64,000 nt of DNA from Actinomycetota bacterium. Lineage in GTDB: Bacteria > Actinomycetota > AC-67. Under the pieces are notes generated by a model, which was not told the origin of the DNA, did no database searches, and worked only from the letters and a program-made list of their open reading frames with translations. Below, in pieces: positions 26,537-39,482 of the stretch; the stretch's first letter is position 1, and each line of letters begins with the position of its first letter. The stretch spans positions 2,122 through 66,121 of the forward strand of contig JBBDRM010000155.1 of assembly GCA_040905475.1 (NCBI GenBank). Reading direction: 5' to 3'. The translations under genes and the position numbers were made by a program.

Positions 26537-27285
26537 GACAACGGCCACGGGTTCGCGCGACAGGTACGCCCCTCGGTCGTCAGGCCCAGGGACTGTTGCA
26601 TCATCACCGGGGCCGGTGCCCCCTCCTTCGGACACCCGCGGTGACGCTGCCCGATCGTGTGTCCGACCTCGTGATTGATGACGAGCCGCCGATAGTCGCT
26701 CACGGTCAGGTTGACGAACTTCGACCCACCGAACCACCGCTCCGCGTTGATCACGACCTGGCCCGGCACCTGACACGACCCGTACCCGGTGTAGGGGTAG
26801 CAGATGCTGTTCTTGTGCTCCTGGGTGCGGAGCCCGATGAGCAGCGAGCCCTTCGGATCGTAACGGAACCGCACCTGCCCGCTGGCGATCCACGATCGCC
26901 GGTCGCACAGGATCGACAGCACGTCCTGGGTGAAGCGTTCCGGCGTGGTAGGCAGTCCGCGGTCGACCTGGATGCGGAAGCGAACGACCCGTGCGCCCTT
27001 CGTGCCGCAGGTTGCGCTGGGTTGGGCGGGGCCCGTCCACGGAGCGGCGTAGACGGTCGGCCGGCGGCTCGGCGATGGTTTCGGCTTAGGTGACGGCGAC
27101 GGCGACGGCGACGGAGAAACAGTCGGAGCAACCGATGGCGAGGGAGAAGGCGAGGGCGACACCAGCGCGATCGCTCGTTCCTGGGGCCGACCGGACCGGT
27201 TCAGCCGGAACGCCGCGGCACCGGCTCCGAGCAGAGCGAGCAGCCCGGCCATCGTAGCGACCAGGATGAGCGTCCGCCGCCTCAT
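26512..27285 (-). CDS. secreted DUF3152-family putative zinc metalloprotease
   Basis: Signal/TM MRRRTLILVATMAGLLALLGAGAAA, Ser/Pro-rich linker, HEVGH zinc-binding motif in DUF3152 context (RRLVINHEVGHTIGQRH). Confidence 0.8.
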   Translation of the reverse strand: MRRRTLILVATMAGLLALLGAGAAAFRLNRSGRPQERAIALVSPSPSPSPSVAPTVSPSPSPSPSPKPKPSPSRRPTVYAAPWTGPAQPSATCGTKGARVVRFRIQVDRGLPTTPERFTQDVLSILCDRRSWIASGQVRFRYDPKGSLLIGLRTQEHKNSICYPYTGYGSCQVPGQVVINAERWFGGSKFVNLTVSDYRRLVINHEVGHTIGQRHRGCPKEGAPAPVMMQQSLGLTTEGRTCRANPWPLSYELSSVP

Positions 27286-27376
27286 AAGCCGGAGACACCA
27301 TAGCGCTCCCGCGCGTTCGGGACGCGTCCCAGGTGAGTCCGAGCGCACCTTCCGTCAGGAGTGGATCGCCGGCCGG

Positions 27377-27838
27377 TCAATCGTCCATCGGCCGGCCCTT
27401 GAGCGCGGACACGACCTCGGGGACGAGATCACCGAGTCCGCCGGGGCTAAGGACCCTGCAGCCGTCGAGCAGATGACGGTTGGCAAACGCCTCGGGCCCC
27501 GTCGCCTCTACACACACGGGACGCTCGAGAATCGTCTGTCTATGCGTACCGAGGATCGCTCGATTCTCTTCCGACCCGAGGCTCAGGGAGAAGACGATGG
27601 CGTCTGCGCCTTCCACGAGCGGACAGGTGACACCACGTGGGATCGGACACTCCCAGCCTCGCGTGGCATCGGGCCCCGGACATTCGCCCACCTCGAAGCC
27701 CGAACGCTCGAGGAGACGAACCGTCGCCCATCGGCCAACTTCGTCGGTTTCCTCCACCAGCACCCTGGGCTCGAGCCTGGGCTCAGGCCATTCGTTCGGC
27801 ACATAGGGAACCTGCCGCGTCTTGGATCTCCGCACCAT
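27377..27838 (-). CDS. conserved 153-aa Cys-containing protein, paralog B
   Basis: Same length as and about 60% identical to the 17021-17482 product; again immediately upstream of a secreted-protein gene. Confidence 0.65.
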   Translation of the reverse strand: MVRRSKTRQVPYVPNEWPEPRLEPRVLVEETDEVGRWATVRLLERSGFEVGECPGPDATRGWECPIPRGVTCPLVEGADAIVFSLSLGSEENRAILGTHRQTILERPVCVEATGPEAFANRHLLDGCRVLSPGGLGDLVPEVVSALKGRPMDD

Positions 27839-28112
27839 CCGTGCTCACCTCCAAAGGCAGCCCGTTTCTGCACCGTCCAGTGAGCCCCAGGTCCGCCCGC
27901 CCGCGTAGGCGCATCCGTCCCTAGACAACCGGGACGAAAGCCTCTAGGGCTTCGACGATGGCCGGTTGGGTGTTTGGCCTCGCAGGCCTCGCCCGACGGT
28001 CCTAACCAGCCGTCGCCGTATCCGTTCGACCGTCGACTTCTGGGACCATCAGCCCTGCCTTGCAACTTCCGAAGCGGTGAAGCTGGAGAAGCGCTCCTTT
28101 AGGAGGTTGGCC

Positions 28113-28439
28113 GTGACCAGAAAGAACGGACATCGCCGGGGAAAGGACCTGGGGACCATCGAAATGATCCCCTTGCCGCTCGAGGAGCAGGTTGAGACGG
28201 AGCTCGAGGCGCTGCACGAACGAGCCGACGACGGGGAGCTGGCGTTGGAGGAGCTCGAGAGTGCTATGCATCGCGACGAGAAGGTCGACTCGGAGACTCC
28301 GCAACCCCCGGTTGGTCGGGGCCGTCTCGAGTTCACGTGCACCTCGTGCTTCCTCGTTATGAGCCGCGCGCGCCTCGCCGATCCGCAGAAGATGCTGTGC
28401 CGCGACTGCGCCGGAAGCTCGCCGACCCGCGACGGCTGA
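28113..28439 (+). CDS. DUF4193 family protein
   Basis: Acidic N-terminal region then C-terminal motif EFTCTSCFLVMSRARLADPQKMLCRDCA typical of actinobacterial DUF4193; AGGAGG RBS 7 nt upstream of GTG. Confidence 0.75.
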   Translation: MTRKNGHRRGKDLGTIEMIPLPLEEQVETELEALHERADDGELALEELESAMHRDEKVDSETPQPPVGRGRLEFTCTSCFLVMSRARLADPQKMLCRDCAGSSPTRDG

Positions 28440-28519
28440 CGTGCCGCGAGTGTGCGCGGATCACGCGTCGCTGAACCCGTGAACAGCCCGCATCTGCGCT
28501 TCCGCCGGCCGGCCGAAAA

Positions 28520-30259
28520 CTAGTGGAGGACGGCGTACTCCGGTCGCCACATGAACGCATCGATGACCGCGCTCATCTGCTCCCGATCTTCGCCGGTTCC
28601 TGCGGCTGCGACCGCGACGGCGATGGAGCGCGAGACCTCCCGCAGTGCGGAAACCGGGGGGTACAAAGCGCCGGTCGCGAGGCGATCTGCGGTTACGTGG
28701 CCGGCAAGCTCGCGCGCCGCCGTCAGGAACATCTCGTCGCTGATCTCCATCACCCCCGCAGCGATCGCACCCAGCCCGACTCCCGGGAAGATGAACGCGT
28801 TGTTCGATTGTCCGACCACCCGCGTTTGCCGGCCCCAGAGGACGGGGGGGAACGGGCTGCCCGTCGCGACGAGCGCGCGCCCGCCGGTCCACGCGACGAC
28901 GTCGGCCGGGATGGCTTCCGCACTGGACGTCGGGTTTGAGAGCGGGAAGACGACGGGGGTCGTTGCGTGGCCCCCCATCTCGCGGATCACGGCCTCCGTG
29001 AAGACGCCGGGTTCTGCGGTGGCGCCGATCAGGAACGTGGGGCGGATGCGGCCGACGATCGTCACGAGGTCGTGGACCGCGGAGATCCCGTACAGCGATG
29101 TCTCGGCCGGGCCCAGCGCGAACGGTTCCTGCTCGTCGGACACATCGGGACGACCGAGATACAGCAGCCCCCCAAGATCCGTCATGACGATCGCTCGGCG
29201 GATGATGCGTTCGTCGACGCCGTCCCGGCGCATCGCCGCCGACAACGTGCGCGCGATACCGATACCCGCTGCTCCGGCGCCAACGATGACGAACCGGTGC
29301 TCCTCGAGCCTGCCGCCGATCCTTCGCAACGCCGCCAGGACGCCGGCGAGCACCACGGCACCGGTGCCTTGAACATCGTCGTTGAAGCTCGGAAACCGGT
29401 GGCGATACCGGTCCAGAACGGCTACCGCGTTGTGTTTCTTGAGATCCTCCCATTGCAGCAACGCGCGGGGGAACGTCTCGCGCACACCTTCCACGAAGGC
29501 GTCGAGGAACCGATCGTAAGCGCGGCCGCGCAGCCGCGGTCGCCGGTATCCGAGGTACAGCGGATCGGACAGCAGCGTCTCGTTGTCGGTCCCGACGTCG
29601 AGTGAGACCGGCAGCGTCAGCGCCGGAGGGACCCCGGCGCACGCCGTGTAGAGGGAGAGCTTGCCGATCGGGATCCCCATGCCGCCGCAGCCTTGATCGC
29701 CGAGGCCCAGGATCCGCTCGTTGTCCGTCGCAACGATGAGCCGCACCTCGCCCCGCGCCGCGTTCCGAAGCAGGATCGGCACTCGATCCTCGTCCTCGGG
29801 GGTGAGCCACAGACCGCGCGTCCGCCGCAGGATGTGGCTGAATCGCTGGCAGGCAAGCCCTACGGTCGGCGTGTAGACGATCGGGAGTAACTCCTCGAGG
29901 TTCTCGGCGAGCACACGATAGAAGAGGGTTTCGTTGCGATCCTGCAAGGCTGCGAGACCGATGTAGCGCTCGAGATCGTCCTCTTTACGCCGCACGTGCT
30001 CGAGCTCCAACTCGGCCTGCTCCTCCATCGTCAGGACGCGAGCCGGCAGCAGGCCGTGAAGACCGAAGGCGTCGCGCTCCTCCTCGACGAAAGCGGAGTC
30101 CTTGTTCAGCAAAGGATCGGCGAGCAAGGCGCGCCCGCGAGCCGTTGTGAGGAGCACGTTGGTTTCCTGCACCTCGGTGGCCGTGATCGATCCTCTCCTC
30201 GCACGCAGGACGAGAGGTTCCTCGCCCGCTCGAAGCGTGTCCCCGGCGGCGTCCGGCAT
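28520..30259 (-). CDS. NAD(P)-dependent malic enzyme (oxaloacetate-decarboxylating)
   Basis: 579 aa with malic enzyme motifs (FNDDVQGTGAVVLAG, VIVGAGAAGIGIA, VFPLSNPTS). Confidence 0.9.
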   Translation of the reverse strand: MPDAAGDTLRAGEEPLVLRARRGSITATEVQETNVLLTTARGRALLADPLLNKDSAFVEEERDAFGLHGLLPARVLTMEEQAELELEHVRRKEDDLERYIGLAALQDRNETLFYRVLAENLEELLPIVYTPTVGLACQRFSHILRRTRGLWLTPEDEDRVPILLRNAARGEVRLIVATDNERILGLGDQGCGGMGIPIGKLSLYTACAGVPPALTLPVSLDVGTDNETLLSDPLYLGYRRPRLRGRAYDRFLDAFVEGVRETFPRALLQWEDLKKHNAVAVLDRYRHRFPSFNDDVQGTGAVVLAGVLAALRRIGGRLEEHRFVIVGAGAAGIGIARTLSAAMRRDGVDERIIRRAIVMTDLGGLLYLGRPDVSDEQEPFALGPAETSLYGISAVHDLVTIVGRIRPTFLIGATAEPGVFTEAVIREMGGHATTPVVFPLSNPTSSAEAIPADVVAWTGGRALVATGSPFPPVLWGRQTRVVGQSNNAFIFPGVGLGAIAAGVMEISDEMFLTAARELAGHVTADRLATGALYPPVSALREVSRSIAVAVAAAGTGEDREQMSAVIDAFMWRPEYAVLH

Positions 30260-30490
30260 GCCAGGGCCGACCGACCCTCCTGTGAGGGGACAGGACGACC
30301 GGCGAGCACTCAGCGATAACTCGCGCAACGCAAGGCAAAAGGTCCGAAGGGCCCGCCGCGGCGGACCGTCCGGCCCTAGCGACCTCACGCTTGTTCGGTG
30401 ACGATCGGAACAGAACATCGAACGGCGCGCGTACCGCATGCCGCTCCGTCGGTGTCGGGAGGCGATCCTCATGCGGGTTCGCGAATCGGC

Positions 30491-32271
<1,781 letters not shown>

Positions 32272-32275
<4 letters not shown>

Positions 32276-33270
32276 TGGACCTCGACCCGGTCACCGGCCC
32301 TGCGCCCGACCCCGAGCACGGCCGCCACCTGCTCCATGAGATGCTTCGCATCCGCCGCTTCGAAGAGAAGTGCGTGGAGCTCTACAGCGCCCAGAAGATA
32401 CGTGGATTCATGCACCTCTACATCGGCGAAGAGGCCGTCGCCGTCGGCGTCATGGAGTCGCTCGAGCGCGAGGATGCCGTGGTCGCCACCTACCGCGAGC
32501 ACGGCCACGCGCTGGCGCGCGGCGTCTCGGCTGCCTCCATCATGGCCGAGATGTTCGGGAAGGTGGAAGGTGCGAGCCGCGGACGCGGCGGCTCGATGCA
32601 CATCTTCGACGCAACTACCCGCTTCTTCGGCGGAAACGCGATCGTCGGCGGAGGGCTGCCGATCGCGGTCGGCCTCGCCCTCGCCGACAAGATGCGAGGA
32701 CGAGCCCGTGTGACGTGCTGCTTCTTCGGTGAAGGAGCGGTCGCGGAAGGCGAATTCCACGAGTCGATGAACCTCGCAGCGCTCTGGGGTCTCCCCGTGT
32801 TGTTCGTCTGCGAGAACAACCTCTACGCGATGGGAACCCACATCGAGCGCTCCGAAGCCGAGACGAACATCGCATTGAAGGCATCGAGCTACGAGATGCC
32901 CGCCTGGTCCGTCGACGGGATGGATGTTGTCGCGGTTGAAGAAGCCGCCCGCCGTGCGGCCGTCGCGGTACGCGCGGGAACCGGTCCGTACTTCCTCGAA
33001 TGCCGGACGTATCGGTTCCGAGCGCACTCCATGTACGACCCGGAGTTGTACCGCGCCAAGGAAGAGGTCCGGATGTGGAAGCAACGTGATCCGATCGAAC
33101 TCTTCACCGGGTGGCTGCAATTGCACGGCGCCGTCGACGACGAGTCGCTCCGCCGGATGGAGGAAGAGATCGCGAGGGAAATCGCCGAAGCGATCGCGTT
33201 CGCAGAGGCCGGAACGCCGGAACCGGTCGAGGACCTGACGAAGTACGTCTACGCGGAGCGAGCGCCATGA
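32272..33270 (+). CDS. 2-oxoacid (pyruvate/acetoin) dehydrogenase E1 component alpha subunit
   Basis: TPP-binding motif region ([37 protein letters not shown]), [10 protein letters not shown] phosphorylation-loop-like region. Confidence 0.9.
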
Positions 33271-34271
33271 GCTCGGGCGAAGGTTCGGAACGGTTGCGAA
33301 TGACCTATCGCGAGGCCCTTCGGGCCGGGATCCGCGACGCGATGCTGCAGGACGAGCGCGTGTTCCTCATGGGGGAGGACGTCGGCCGATACGGCGGATG
33401 CTTCGGCGTGAGCAAAGGACTCCTGGAGGAATTCGGTCCCGACCGGATACGCGACACCCCGTTGTCGGAATCCGCGTTCGTCGGAGCAGGCATCGGCGCG
33501 GCACTCGGCGGCATGCGTCCCATCGTCGAGATCATGACGGTGAACTTCAGCCTGCTGGCGCTCGATCAGATCGTGAACAACGCGGCGACGATCTCGCACA
33601 TGTCGGGGGGGCAGTTCGCGATCCCGCTGGTCATCCGCATGACCACCGGCGCCGGCCGCCAGCTCGGCGCTCAGCACTCGCACAGCCTGGACGGCTGGTA
33701 CGCCCACATCCCCGGTATCAAGGTGTTGACGCCGGCGACGCTGGAGGACGCGCGTGGCATGATGGCCAGCGCCCTCGCCGACCCCAACCTGGTTGTGATC
33801 TTCGAGCATGGATCGCTGTACAACATGGAGGACGAGCTGGCGGCCGACGCGGGTGCCGTCGATATCGAACGCGCGGCCGTGCGGCGGCCGGGCAAGGATG
33901 TGTCGTTGATCACTTACGGAGGCACCCTTGCGAAGACGGTCGAGGCCGCCGAGAAGCTCGCGCCGGAGGGCATCGACGTGGAAGTCGTCGATCTCCGGGT
34001 GCTCCGGCCGCTCGACGAGGCGACCATCCTCCGGTCGGTTCGGAAGACCCACCGTGCGGTGATCGTGGACGAGGGATGGCGGAGCGGGAGCATCTCGGCC
34101 GAGGTCAGCGCGCGGATCATGGAAAACGCCTTCTTCGAGCTGGACGCGCCGGTCACGCGGGTCTGCTCGGCCGAGGTCCCGATGCCGTTCGCGAAGCACC
34201 TCGAAGAAGCGGCCATCCCCCAGGTCGAAACGATCGTGCGAGCGACGCGGGAGCTCTTCCGCGGTGAGTGA
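33267..34271 (+). CDS. 2-oxoacid dehydrogenase E1 component beta subunit
   Basis: Transketolase-like pyrimidine-binding and C-terminal domains ([15 protein letters not shown]...FLMGEDVG...); ATGA overlap with E1 alpha. Confidence 0.9.
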   Translation: MSSGEGSERLRMTYREALRAGIRDAMLQDERVFLMGEDVGRYGGCFGVSKGLLEEFGPDRIRDTPLSESAFVGAGIGAALGGMRPIVEIMTVNFSLLALDQIVNNAATISHMSGGQFAIPLVIRMTTGAGRQLGAQHSHSLDGWYAHIPGIKVLTPATLEDARGMMASALADPNLVVIFEHGSLYNMEDELAADAGAVDIERAAVRRPGKDVSLITYGGTLAKTVEAAEKLAPEGIDVEVVDLRVLRPLDEATILRSVRKTHRAVIVDEGWRSGSISAEVSARIMENAFFELDAPVTRVCSAEVPMPFAKHLEEAAIPQVETIVRATRELFRGE

Positions 34272-35430
34272 ATTCCGCATGCCCTCGCTCGGCGCCGACA
34301 TGGAAGCCGGCAAGCTCATCGAATGGAAGGTCAAGCCCGGTGACCACGTGAGCCGCGGCGACATCGTCGCGGTCGTAGACACGGACAAGGCCGCGATCGA
34401 GATCGAGATCTTCGAAACCGGGACCGTCCAAGAGCTTCTCGTCGCCGAAGGGACGAAGGTGCCGGTCGGGACGCCGCTGGCGCTCATCGCCGCGGACGGC
34501 ACCGAAGCCGCGGCGGTCCCATCCCGGGCGCCGTCGGAGCCGGCTCGCCCAGAAGCCCCGCCGCCCGCTCGCCGGCTCGCTTCCCCGCTGGCTCGCCGAG
34601 CCGCGCACGAGCTCGGCGTCGATCTCTCGCGGGTGGCCGGGACTGGTCCCGGCGGCGCGATCACGCGAGCGGACATCGAGCGCGCCGCCGCCGCGCGTGA
34701 CGCGGAGACGCCGCAGGCCGAGACGGTCCGCGCTCAGGCAACGCCCGAGCCGTCCACCCAGGACCGAAAGGCTGCGATGCGGCAGGCGATCGGGGCGCTC
34801 ATGGCACGCTCGAAACGGGAGATCCCGCACTACTACTTGGCGACGGATATCGACATGAAGCCGGCCCTCGCTTGGCTCGAGGAACACAACGCAGAGCGCC
34901 CGGCCACCGAACGGCTGCTGCCGGCCGCGCTCCTGCTCAAAGCCGTGGCGCTGGCGACGCACGACGTGCCGGAGATGAACGGCTTCTGGATGGAAGGTGC
35001 GTTCCGGCCGGGCGACGGGGTCCATGTCGGAGTGGCGATCTCGCTCCGACAGGGCGGCCTCATCGCACCGGCCATCCGCGACGTGGATGAGAAGAGCCTC
35101 GACGAGCTGATGACGTCGCTCCGCGACCTCGTGCAGCGCGCACGTTCGGGCGTGCTTCGCGCCTCGGAGATGTCCGAACCCACGATCACGGTGACGAACC
35201 TGGGCGACCAAGGGGTGGAGACCGTCTTCGGCGTGATCTATCCACCTCAAGTGGCGCTCGTCGGCTTCGGCAAGATCGGCGATCGACCATGGGCGTCGGG
35301 AGGTCTCGTCGGATCGCGCCCACTCGTGAAAGCCACGCTCGCTGCAGATCACCGCGCGAGCGACGGGCATCGCGGTGGCCTATTCCTGGCTGCCGTCGAC
35401 CATTTCCTCCAGGAACCGGACCACCTCTAG
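34264..35430 (+). CDS. dihydrolipoamide acyltransferase E2 component
   Basis: Lipoyl domain ([46 protein letters not shown]), Ala/Pro linker, PSBD, catalytic domain with DHRASDG. Confidence 0.85.
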   Translation: MSEFRMPSLGADMEAGKLIEWKVKPGDHVSRGDIVAVVDTDKAAIEIEIFETGTVQELLVAEGTKVPVGTPLALIAADGTEAAAVPSRAPSEPARPEAPPPARRLASPLARRAAHELGVDLSRVAGTGPGGAITRADIERAAAARDAETPQAETVRAQATPEPSTQDRKAAMRQAIGALMARSKREIPHYYLATDIDMKPALAWLEEHNAERPATERLLPAALLLKAVALATHDVPEMNGFWMEGAFRPGDGVHVGVAISLRQGGLIAPAIRDVDEKSLDELMTSLRDLVQRARSGVLRASEMSEPTITVTNLGDQGVETVFGVIYPPQVALVGFGKIGDRPWASGGLVGSRPLVKATLAADHRASDGHRGGLFLAAVDHFLQEPDHL

Positions 35431-35472
35431 GCTCCGGCGCCCCCGGTCGAACGACGCTCGGCCCCGTCGGGA

Positions 35473-35826
35473 CTATTTGGTCGTCATCTGCATCAGGCCG
35501 ATGATGTTTTCCTCGATGTCCTGGAACAACGCGAACGCACCGACGCCGGGGATGTCCGTCGGCGGGACGAGGACGCGGCCACCGAGCTCCGCGACCCTTC
35601 GCAGCGTCGCCTCCAGACCGTCCACCCGGACGTACACGGTCACGTATCGCGGCATGTCGGCGGTGGCCTGCATGATGCCGCCGCCGATGCCGCCGTCCTG
35701 GGGGGCAACGAGCCAGTACCCGGGTCCGGCCGGGATCGATTCCCAGCCGAACAGATCGGCGTAGAAGCCCTTCAGCTTCTCGGCTTCGTGGCCTCCGATC
35801 TCGCAATGGATGACGGGGTGAGACAT
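35473..35826 (-). CDS. VOC/glyoxalase-family protein
   Basis: 117 aa paired beta-alpha-beta-beta-beta modules (HCEIGGHEAEKLKGFYADLFGW ... FALFQDIEENIIGLMQ). Confidence 0.75.
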   Translation of the reverse strand: MSHPVIHCEIGGHEAEKLKGFYADLFGWESIPAGPGYWLVAPQDGGIGGGIMQATADMPRYVTVYVRVDGLEATLRRVAELGGRVLVPPTDIPGVGAFALFQDIEENIIGLMQMTTK

Positions 35827-35860
35827 CGTCGCTCTTCTCCTCGGGTGGATCGTCGCCCGG

Positions 35861-36349
35861 CTACTCCATCCAGTCCTCGTCGAAGGTCTTCTGCTGCCGG
35901 CAGAGCGGCGCGATCGTCACCTTCGGACCGGCGAGGAGGTCGGCGGTCCGCATCTTCACGGACTCCGTCTGCCTGCCCGATGCGAACACGATGCGCTCGT
36001 GGCCGGCGAGCTCTTCGTCGACGTACAACGGGATCCCGAGCAACCCGGAGAGCGGAGGGATCGCACCGAGCTCGTAGTCCGGGAAGTCCTTGCTGATCTC
36101 TGCCTCGTCGGCGAGACTCACGTGCCCGGTGCCGACCGCTTCGGCGACTCGCTTCATGTCGAGTCGGCGGGAGCCGGGGATGACGGCAACGACGTGACCG
36201 TTCGGCGTGTCGAGCACGATCGCCTTCGCCACCGTTCCCGGGGCGACGCCGAGTGTCCGTGCCTCGTCGACGGCCGTCTGGGTTGGCGGATGGTCGAAGG
36301 CCAAGAACTCGAGCTCGCGATCGGCCAAGTACTGCGTCACGGTAGACAT
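35861..36349 (-). CDS. YbaK/ProX-type aminoacyl-tRNA deacylase domain protein
   Basis: YbaK-like motifs (VAKAIVLDTPNGHVVAVIPGSRRLDMKRV, ERIVFASG). Confidence 0.7.
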   Translation of the reverse strand: MSTVTQYLADRELEFLAFDHPPTQTAVDEARTLGVAPGTVAKAIVLDTPNGHVVAVIPGSRRLDMKRVAEAVGTGHVSLADEAEISKDFPDYELGAIPPLSGLLGIPLYVDEELAGHERIVFASGRQTESVKMRTADLLAGPKVTIAPLCRQQKTFDEDWME

Positions 36350-36553
36350 GACGCCTCCCTTCCTTCGTACGAACATCCTTGTCCGACCAACCGTGGAGGG
36401 ACAGGGCCGTCCGACCTCTCAAGCCTGGGTCTCTCCTGCGCCGGGTCCGGCGGGCCCGATGGACCCGTCTATGTGAGTCCGACCGCCTCTGGGACTCGAA
36501 GCTCGAGTGGGCCAGGCTATGTACGGGATTCCGGCTTAGGAGGGTTGATCGTC

Positions 36554-38368
36554 ATGCCTGCACGAGGAGACACGATTCCGGAGATGCTCGCCGATCGCGT
36601 TCGGCTCACCCCCGAACGGCCGGCGATGAGGTTCAAGCAGGACGAGGCCTGGCAGACGATCACCTGGGCGCAGGCGCTGCGCGGCGCTCAGGAGGTTGCC
36701 GCCGGACTCGCGGCGCTCGGCGTCGAGAAGGGTCAGACGGTCAACATCCTTTCCGCGAACCGTCCGGAGTGGCACTACGCCGACTGGGGAACCATGTTGG
36801 CGGGCGCGCTGCCCGTCCCGATCTACACGACCAATTCGCCCGAGCAGGTCGCCTACGTCGCCGCGCATTCCGAGGCGAAAGCCGCGTTCGTCGAGAACGC
36901 CGATCAGCTGCGCAAGTTCATCAAGGTCCTCGATCAGCTGCCGCACCTGGAACGGATCATCCTCATGACCGGAAGGCCGGACGAGATCGATCCTCGGATC
37001 CTGACCTGGGAGGAGCTCATGGGCGCCGGCCGGACGTTCGAGGCGGCGAACCCCGGCACGGTCGACGTTCGGATGCGGTCGCTGGCTCCCGAGGATCTCG
37101 CGACCATCGTCTATACGTCCGGGACGACCGGACCCCCCAAGGGGTCCATGATCACACACGCCAACGCGACCTGGACGCTGCGATCCGTCGACGGGGCGGT
37201 GCATCTGGCAGAGGGACGGGAACGCACCGTCTCCTACTTGCCCCTCGCGCACATATTCGAGCGCCTCGTTTCGGACTGGGGAAGCATCTACTACGGAACC
37301 GACGTGTGGTTCGCCGAATCGATCGACAAGCTCGCCGACAACCTGCGCGAGATCCGTCCCACCTTCATGATCGGCGTGCCGCGCGTGTTCGAGAAGGTCT
37401 ACGCTCGCGTCAACGAGTCGATCGTGACCCACCCGAAGCGCCGCCTCATCGAGCGGGCGATCGCGAACGGCCGGAAGGTGGTCGAGCTGCAGCAGGCCGG
37501 ACGGTTCGTACCTCTCGGTCTCCGAATGAGTCACGCGCTCCTGGACAGGCTGGTGCTGAGCAAGTTGCGCCACCAGATGGGCCTCGACCAAGCGCATCTC
37601 GTCGTGAGCGGCGCCGCGCCGATCAATCCCGAGATCATCTGGTTCATCCGTTCGCTCGGCATCAACCTCGTCGAGGGCTACGGTCAGACCGAGGTCACCG
37701 CGCCGACGTCGATGACTCCGCCGGACGGCTCGCGGATCGGCACGGTGGGGCCGCCGATCCCGGGCGTCGAGGTCAAGATCGCCGACGACGGAGAGATCCT
37801 GGTTCGCGGCGGCAACGTGTTCAAGGGATACCTGAAGGACGAGAAGGCCACGAAGGAGAGCTTCACGGAAGACGGCTACCTCCGCACGGGTGATGTTGGG
37901 CGTCTCGACGACGCCGGCTACCTGATGATCACCGACCGCAAGAAGGATCTGATCATCACCGCAGGCGGCAAGAACATCGCTCCCCAGGTGATCGAGGAGC
38001 AGCTGAAGTTCTCGCCGCTGATCTCTCAGGCCGTGGTGATCGGCGATGGGCGGCCGTACGTCGCCGCGCTGCTCACGCCCGACGCCGAAGCGCTCACGAA
38101 ATGGGCCGACCGAAACGGTATCGGGACGACCAACCTCGAGGAGCTCGTGAAGGACGAACGCGTCCTGGCCGAGATCTCGAAGGCCGTTGATCAGGTGAAT
38201 GCACGCCTGTCCAACGTCGAACAGGTGAAGCGTTGGACGCTCCTCGGTCGCGAGTTCGCTCAAGAGGACGGAGAGATCACTCCGACCATGAAGGCCCGGC
38301 GGGTCATCATCCTCCAGCGCTACTCCGAGGAGATCGAGAAGCTCTACGAAAGGAAGCCGGAGCCATGA
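36554..38368 (+). CDS. long-chain fatty-acid--CoA ligase (FadD-like AMP-dependent synthetase)
   Basis: AMP-binding motif YTSGTTGPPKG, GYGQTE, FadD-type C-terminus; AGGAGG RBS before ATG at 36554. Confidence 0.9.
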   Translation: MPARGDTIPEMLADRVRLTPERPAMRFKQDEAWQTITWAQALRGAQEVAAGLAALGVEKGQTVNILSANRPEWHYADWGTMLAGALPVPIYTTNSPEQVAYVAAHSEAKAAFVENADQLRKFIKVLDQLPHLERIILMTGRPDEIDPRILTWEELMGAGRTFEAANPGTVDVRMRSLAPEDLATIVYTSGTTGPPKGSMITHANATWTLRSVDGAVHLAEGRERTVSYLPLAHIFERLVSDWGSIYYGTDVWFAESIDKLADNLREIRPTFMIGVPRVFEKVYARVNESIVTHPKRRLIERAIANGRKVVELQQAGRFVPLGLRMSHALLDRLVLSKLRHQMGLDQAHLVVSGAAPINPEIIWFIRSLGINLVEGYGQTEVTAPTSMTPPDGSRIGTVGPPIPGVEVKIADDGEILVRGGNVFKGYLKDEKATKESFTEDGYLRTGDVGRLDDAGYLMITDRKKDLIITAGGKNIAPQVIEEQLKFSPLISQAVVIGDGRPYVAALLTPDAEALTKWADRNGIGTTNLEELVKDERVLAEISKAVDQVNARLSNVEQVKRWTLLGREFAQEDGEITPTMKARRVIILQRYSEEIEKLYERKPEP

Positions 38369-38423
38369 AAGCGATCGGTTGAGAACCTGATGAACCAACG
38401 GTTTCCATGGATCACGGGAAAGG

Positions 38424-38807
38424 ATGGTGAAGGACATGGCCGCATCGCCGATGGCAACAGCAACGCGTAGCGTCTTCGAGCGGCTCGCGATCGACTCGAT
38501 CCCCTGGGAGCCGTATCGCGATCGCGAAGGCCGCGAGCAAGACGGCGTGCAGCAGAAGACCGTCTTCATGGTCGGCGGCGGGAAGGGCTACACAGGCCTA
38601 TTCAGGCTGCAGCCCGGCGCCGAGCTTCCGGTGCACGTCCACCGCACCTTCGAGCATCACGCTTGGGTCGTCGAGGGCGGCTGCGTCGCAGGAGACCACT
38701 ATCTGCGTGCCGGATCGTATGAGTACGTTCCGGCGGGCGCCGAGCACGGGATCGACCGAGCAGGACCCGAGGGTTGCACGCTCTTCTGCTTGATGCTGCG
38801 AGCGTGA
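38424..38807 (+). CDS. cupin-domain protein
   Basis: Two-His cupin motif region (PVHVHRTFEHHAWVVEGG ... YEYVPAGAEHG). Confidence 0.65.
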   Translation: MVKDMAASPMATATRSVFERLAIDSIPWEPYRDREGREQDGVQQKTVFMVGGGKGYTGLFRLQPGAELPVHVHRTFEHHAWVVEGGCVAGDHYLRAGSYEYVPAGAEHGIDRAGPEGCTLFCLMLRA

Positions 38808-38823
38808 AGCTGACCTCGACCTT

Positions 38824-39310
38824 TCAGTCGGTGCCCCCGATATCTACCTCGTACGCATCGTGTACGAGGTCGGCGGCGTGCTGGCGGTGACGGAACAGGC
38901 GCTGGATCAGCGCTCGGAGGCGCGCCCGCGTCACGTCCGGCGTCTCGGTCACTAACATCGCGCGGCCCAGTTCGGCGTCCAAGGCGAGGACCAGCTTCCG
39001 TTGCTCGATCCGAAGCTTCTCGACATCATGCGCGAGGTGGGTTGCTCGGATCATCACGTCTTCAAGCAGACCGCCTGGGCCTTCGCTGAACGAGACGTCG
39101 TCGTAGAACGATCCGCGGAGCGCGGATAGCGAGGCGATGACCTTCAGGCGCCAGTCGATAGTCCGTTTCGCGACGGGAGCCTCGAGCGAAGATTCGAGAT
39201 CAGTGATCGCCTGACGGCAATCTCGCCGGTAAGACCTCGAGGCTTCGAGCAGCCCGATGCTTCCTTCAGGCGTGCGTTGTGTCCCGGTAACCACCGCGTG
39301 CCAGGCCATT
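38824..39310 (-). CDS. hypothetical protein
   Basis: 162 aa helical protein, coding-like GC3; no family recognised. Confidence 0.4.
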
Positions 39311-39482
39311 TCGCCCCCCTCTCCATGCCCCCGGAAGGGCGCCATCTCTACTCAGGCTTTCGCATCGCCGGGCGGGGTGAGAGGGCCGAACGACCCTCAG
39401 CCGCCGGGACGGTCCCACGGCCCGCGCGAGCCGGGCCTGAAGACCCTGCCCTCGAGTTCAATGTGTCTGGTGACATGGCGGC

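Noticed and set aside
27085-27150. Short tandem GGCGAC-type nucleotide repeat
   Set aside because: It encodes the Ser/Pro-rich linker (SPSPSPSP) of the DUF3152 protein on the minus strand; coding low complexity, not a CRISPR or VNTR element
28461-29810. 449-aa minus-strand ORF in an alternative frame of the malic enzyme gene
   Set aside because: Arg-rich composition; the malic enzyme frame carries diagnostic motifs
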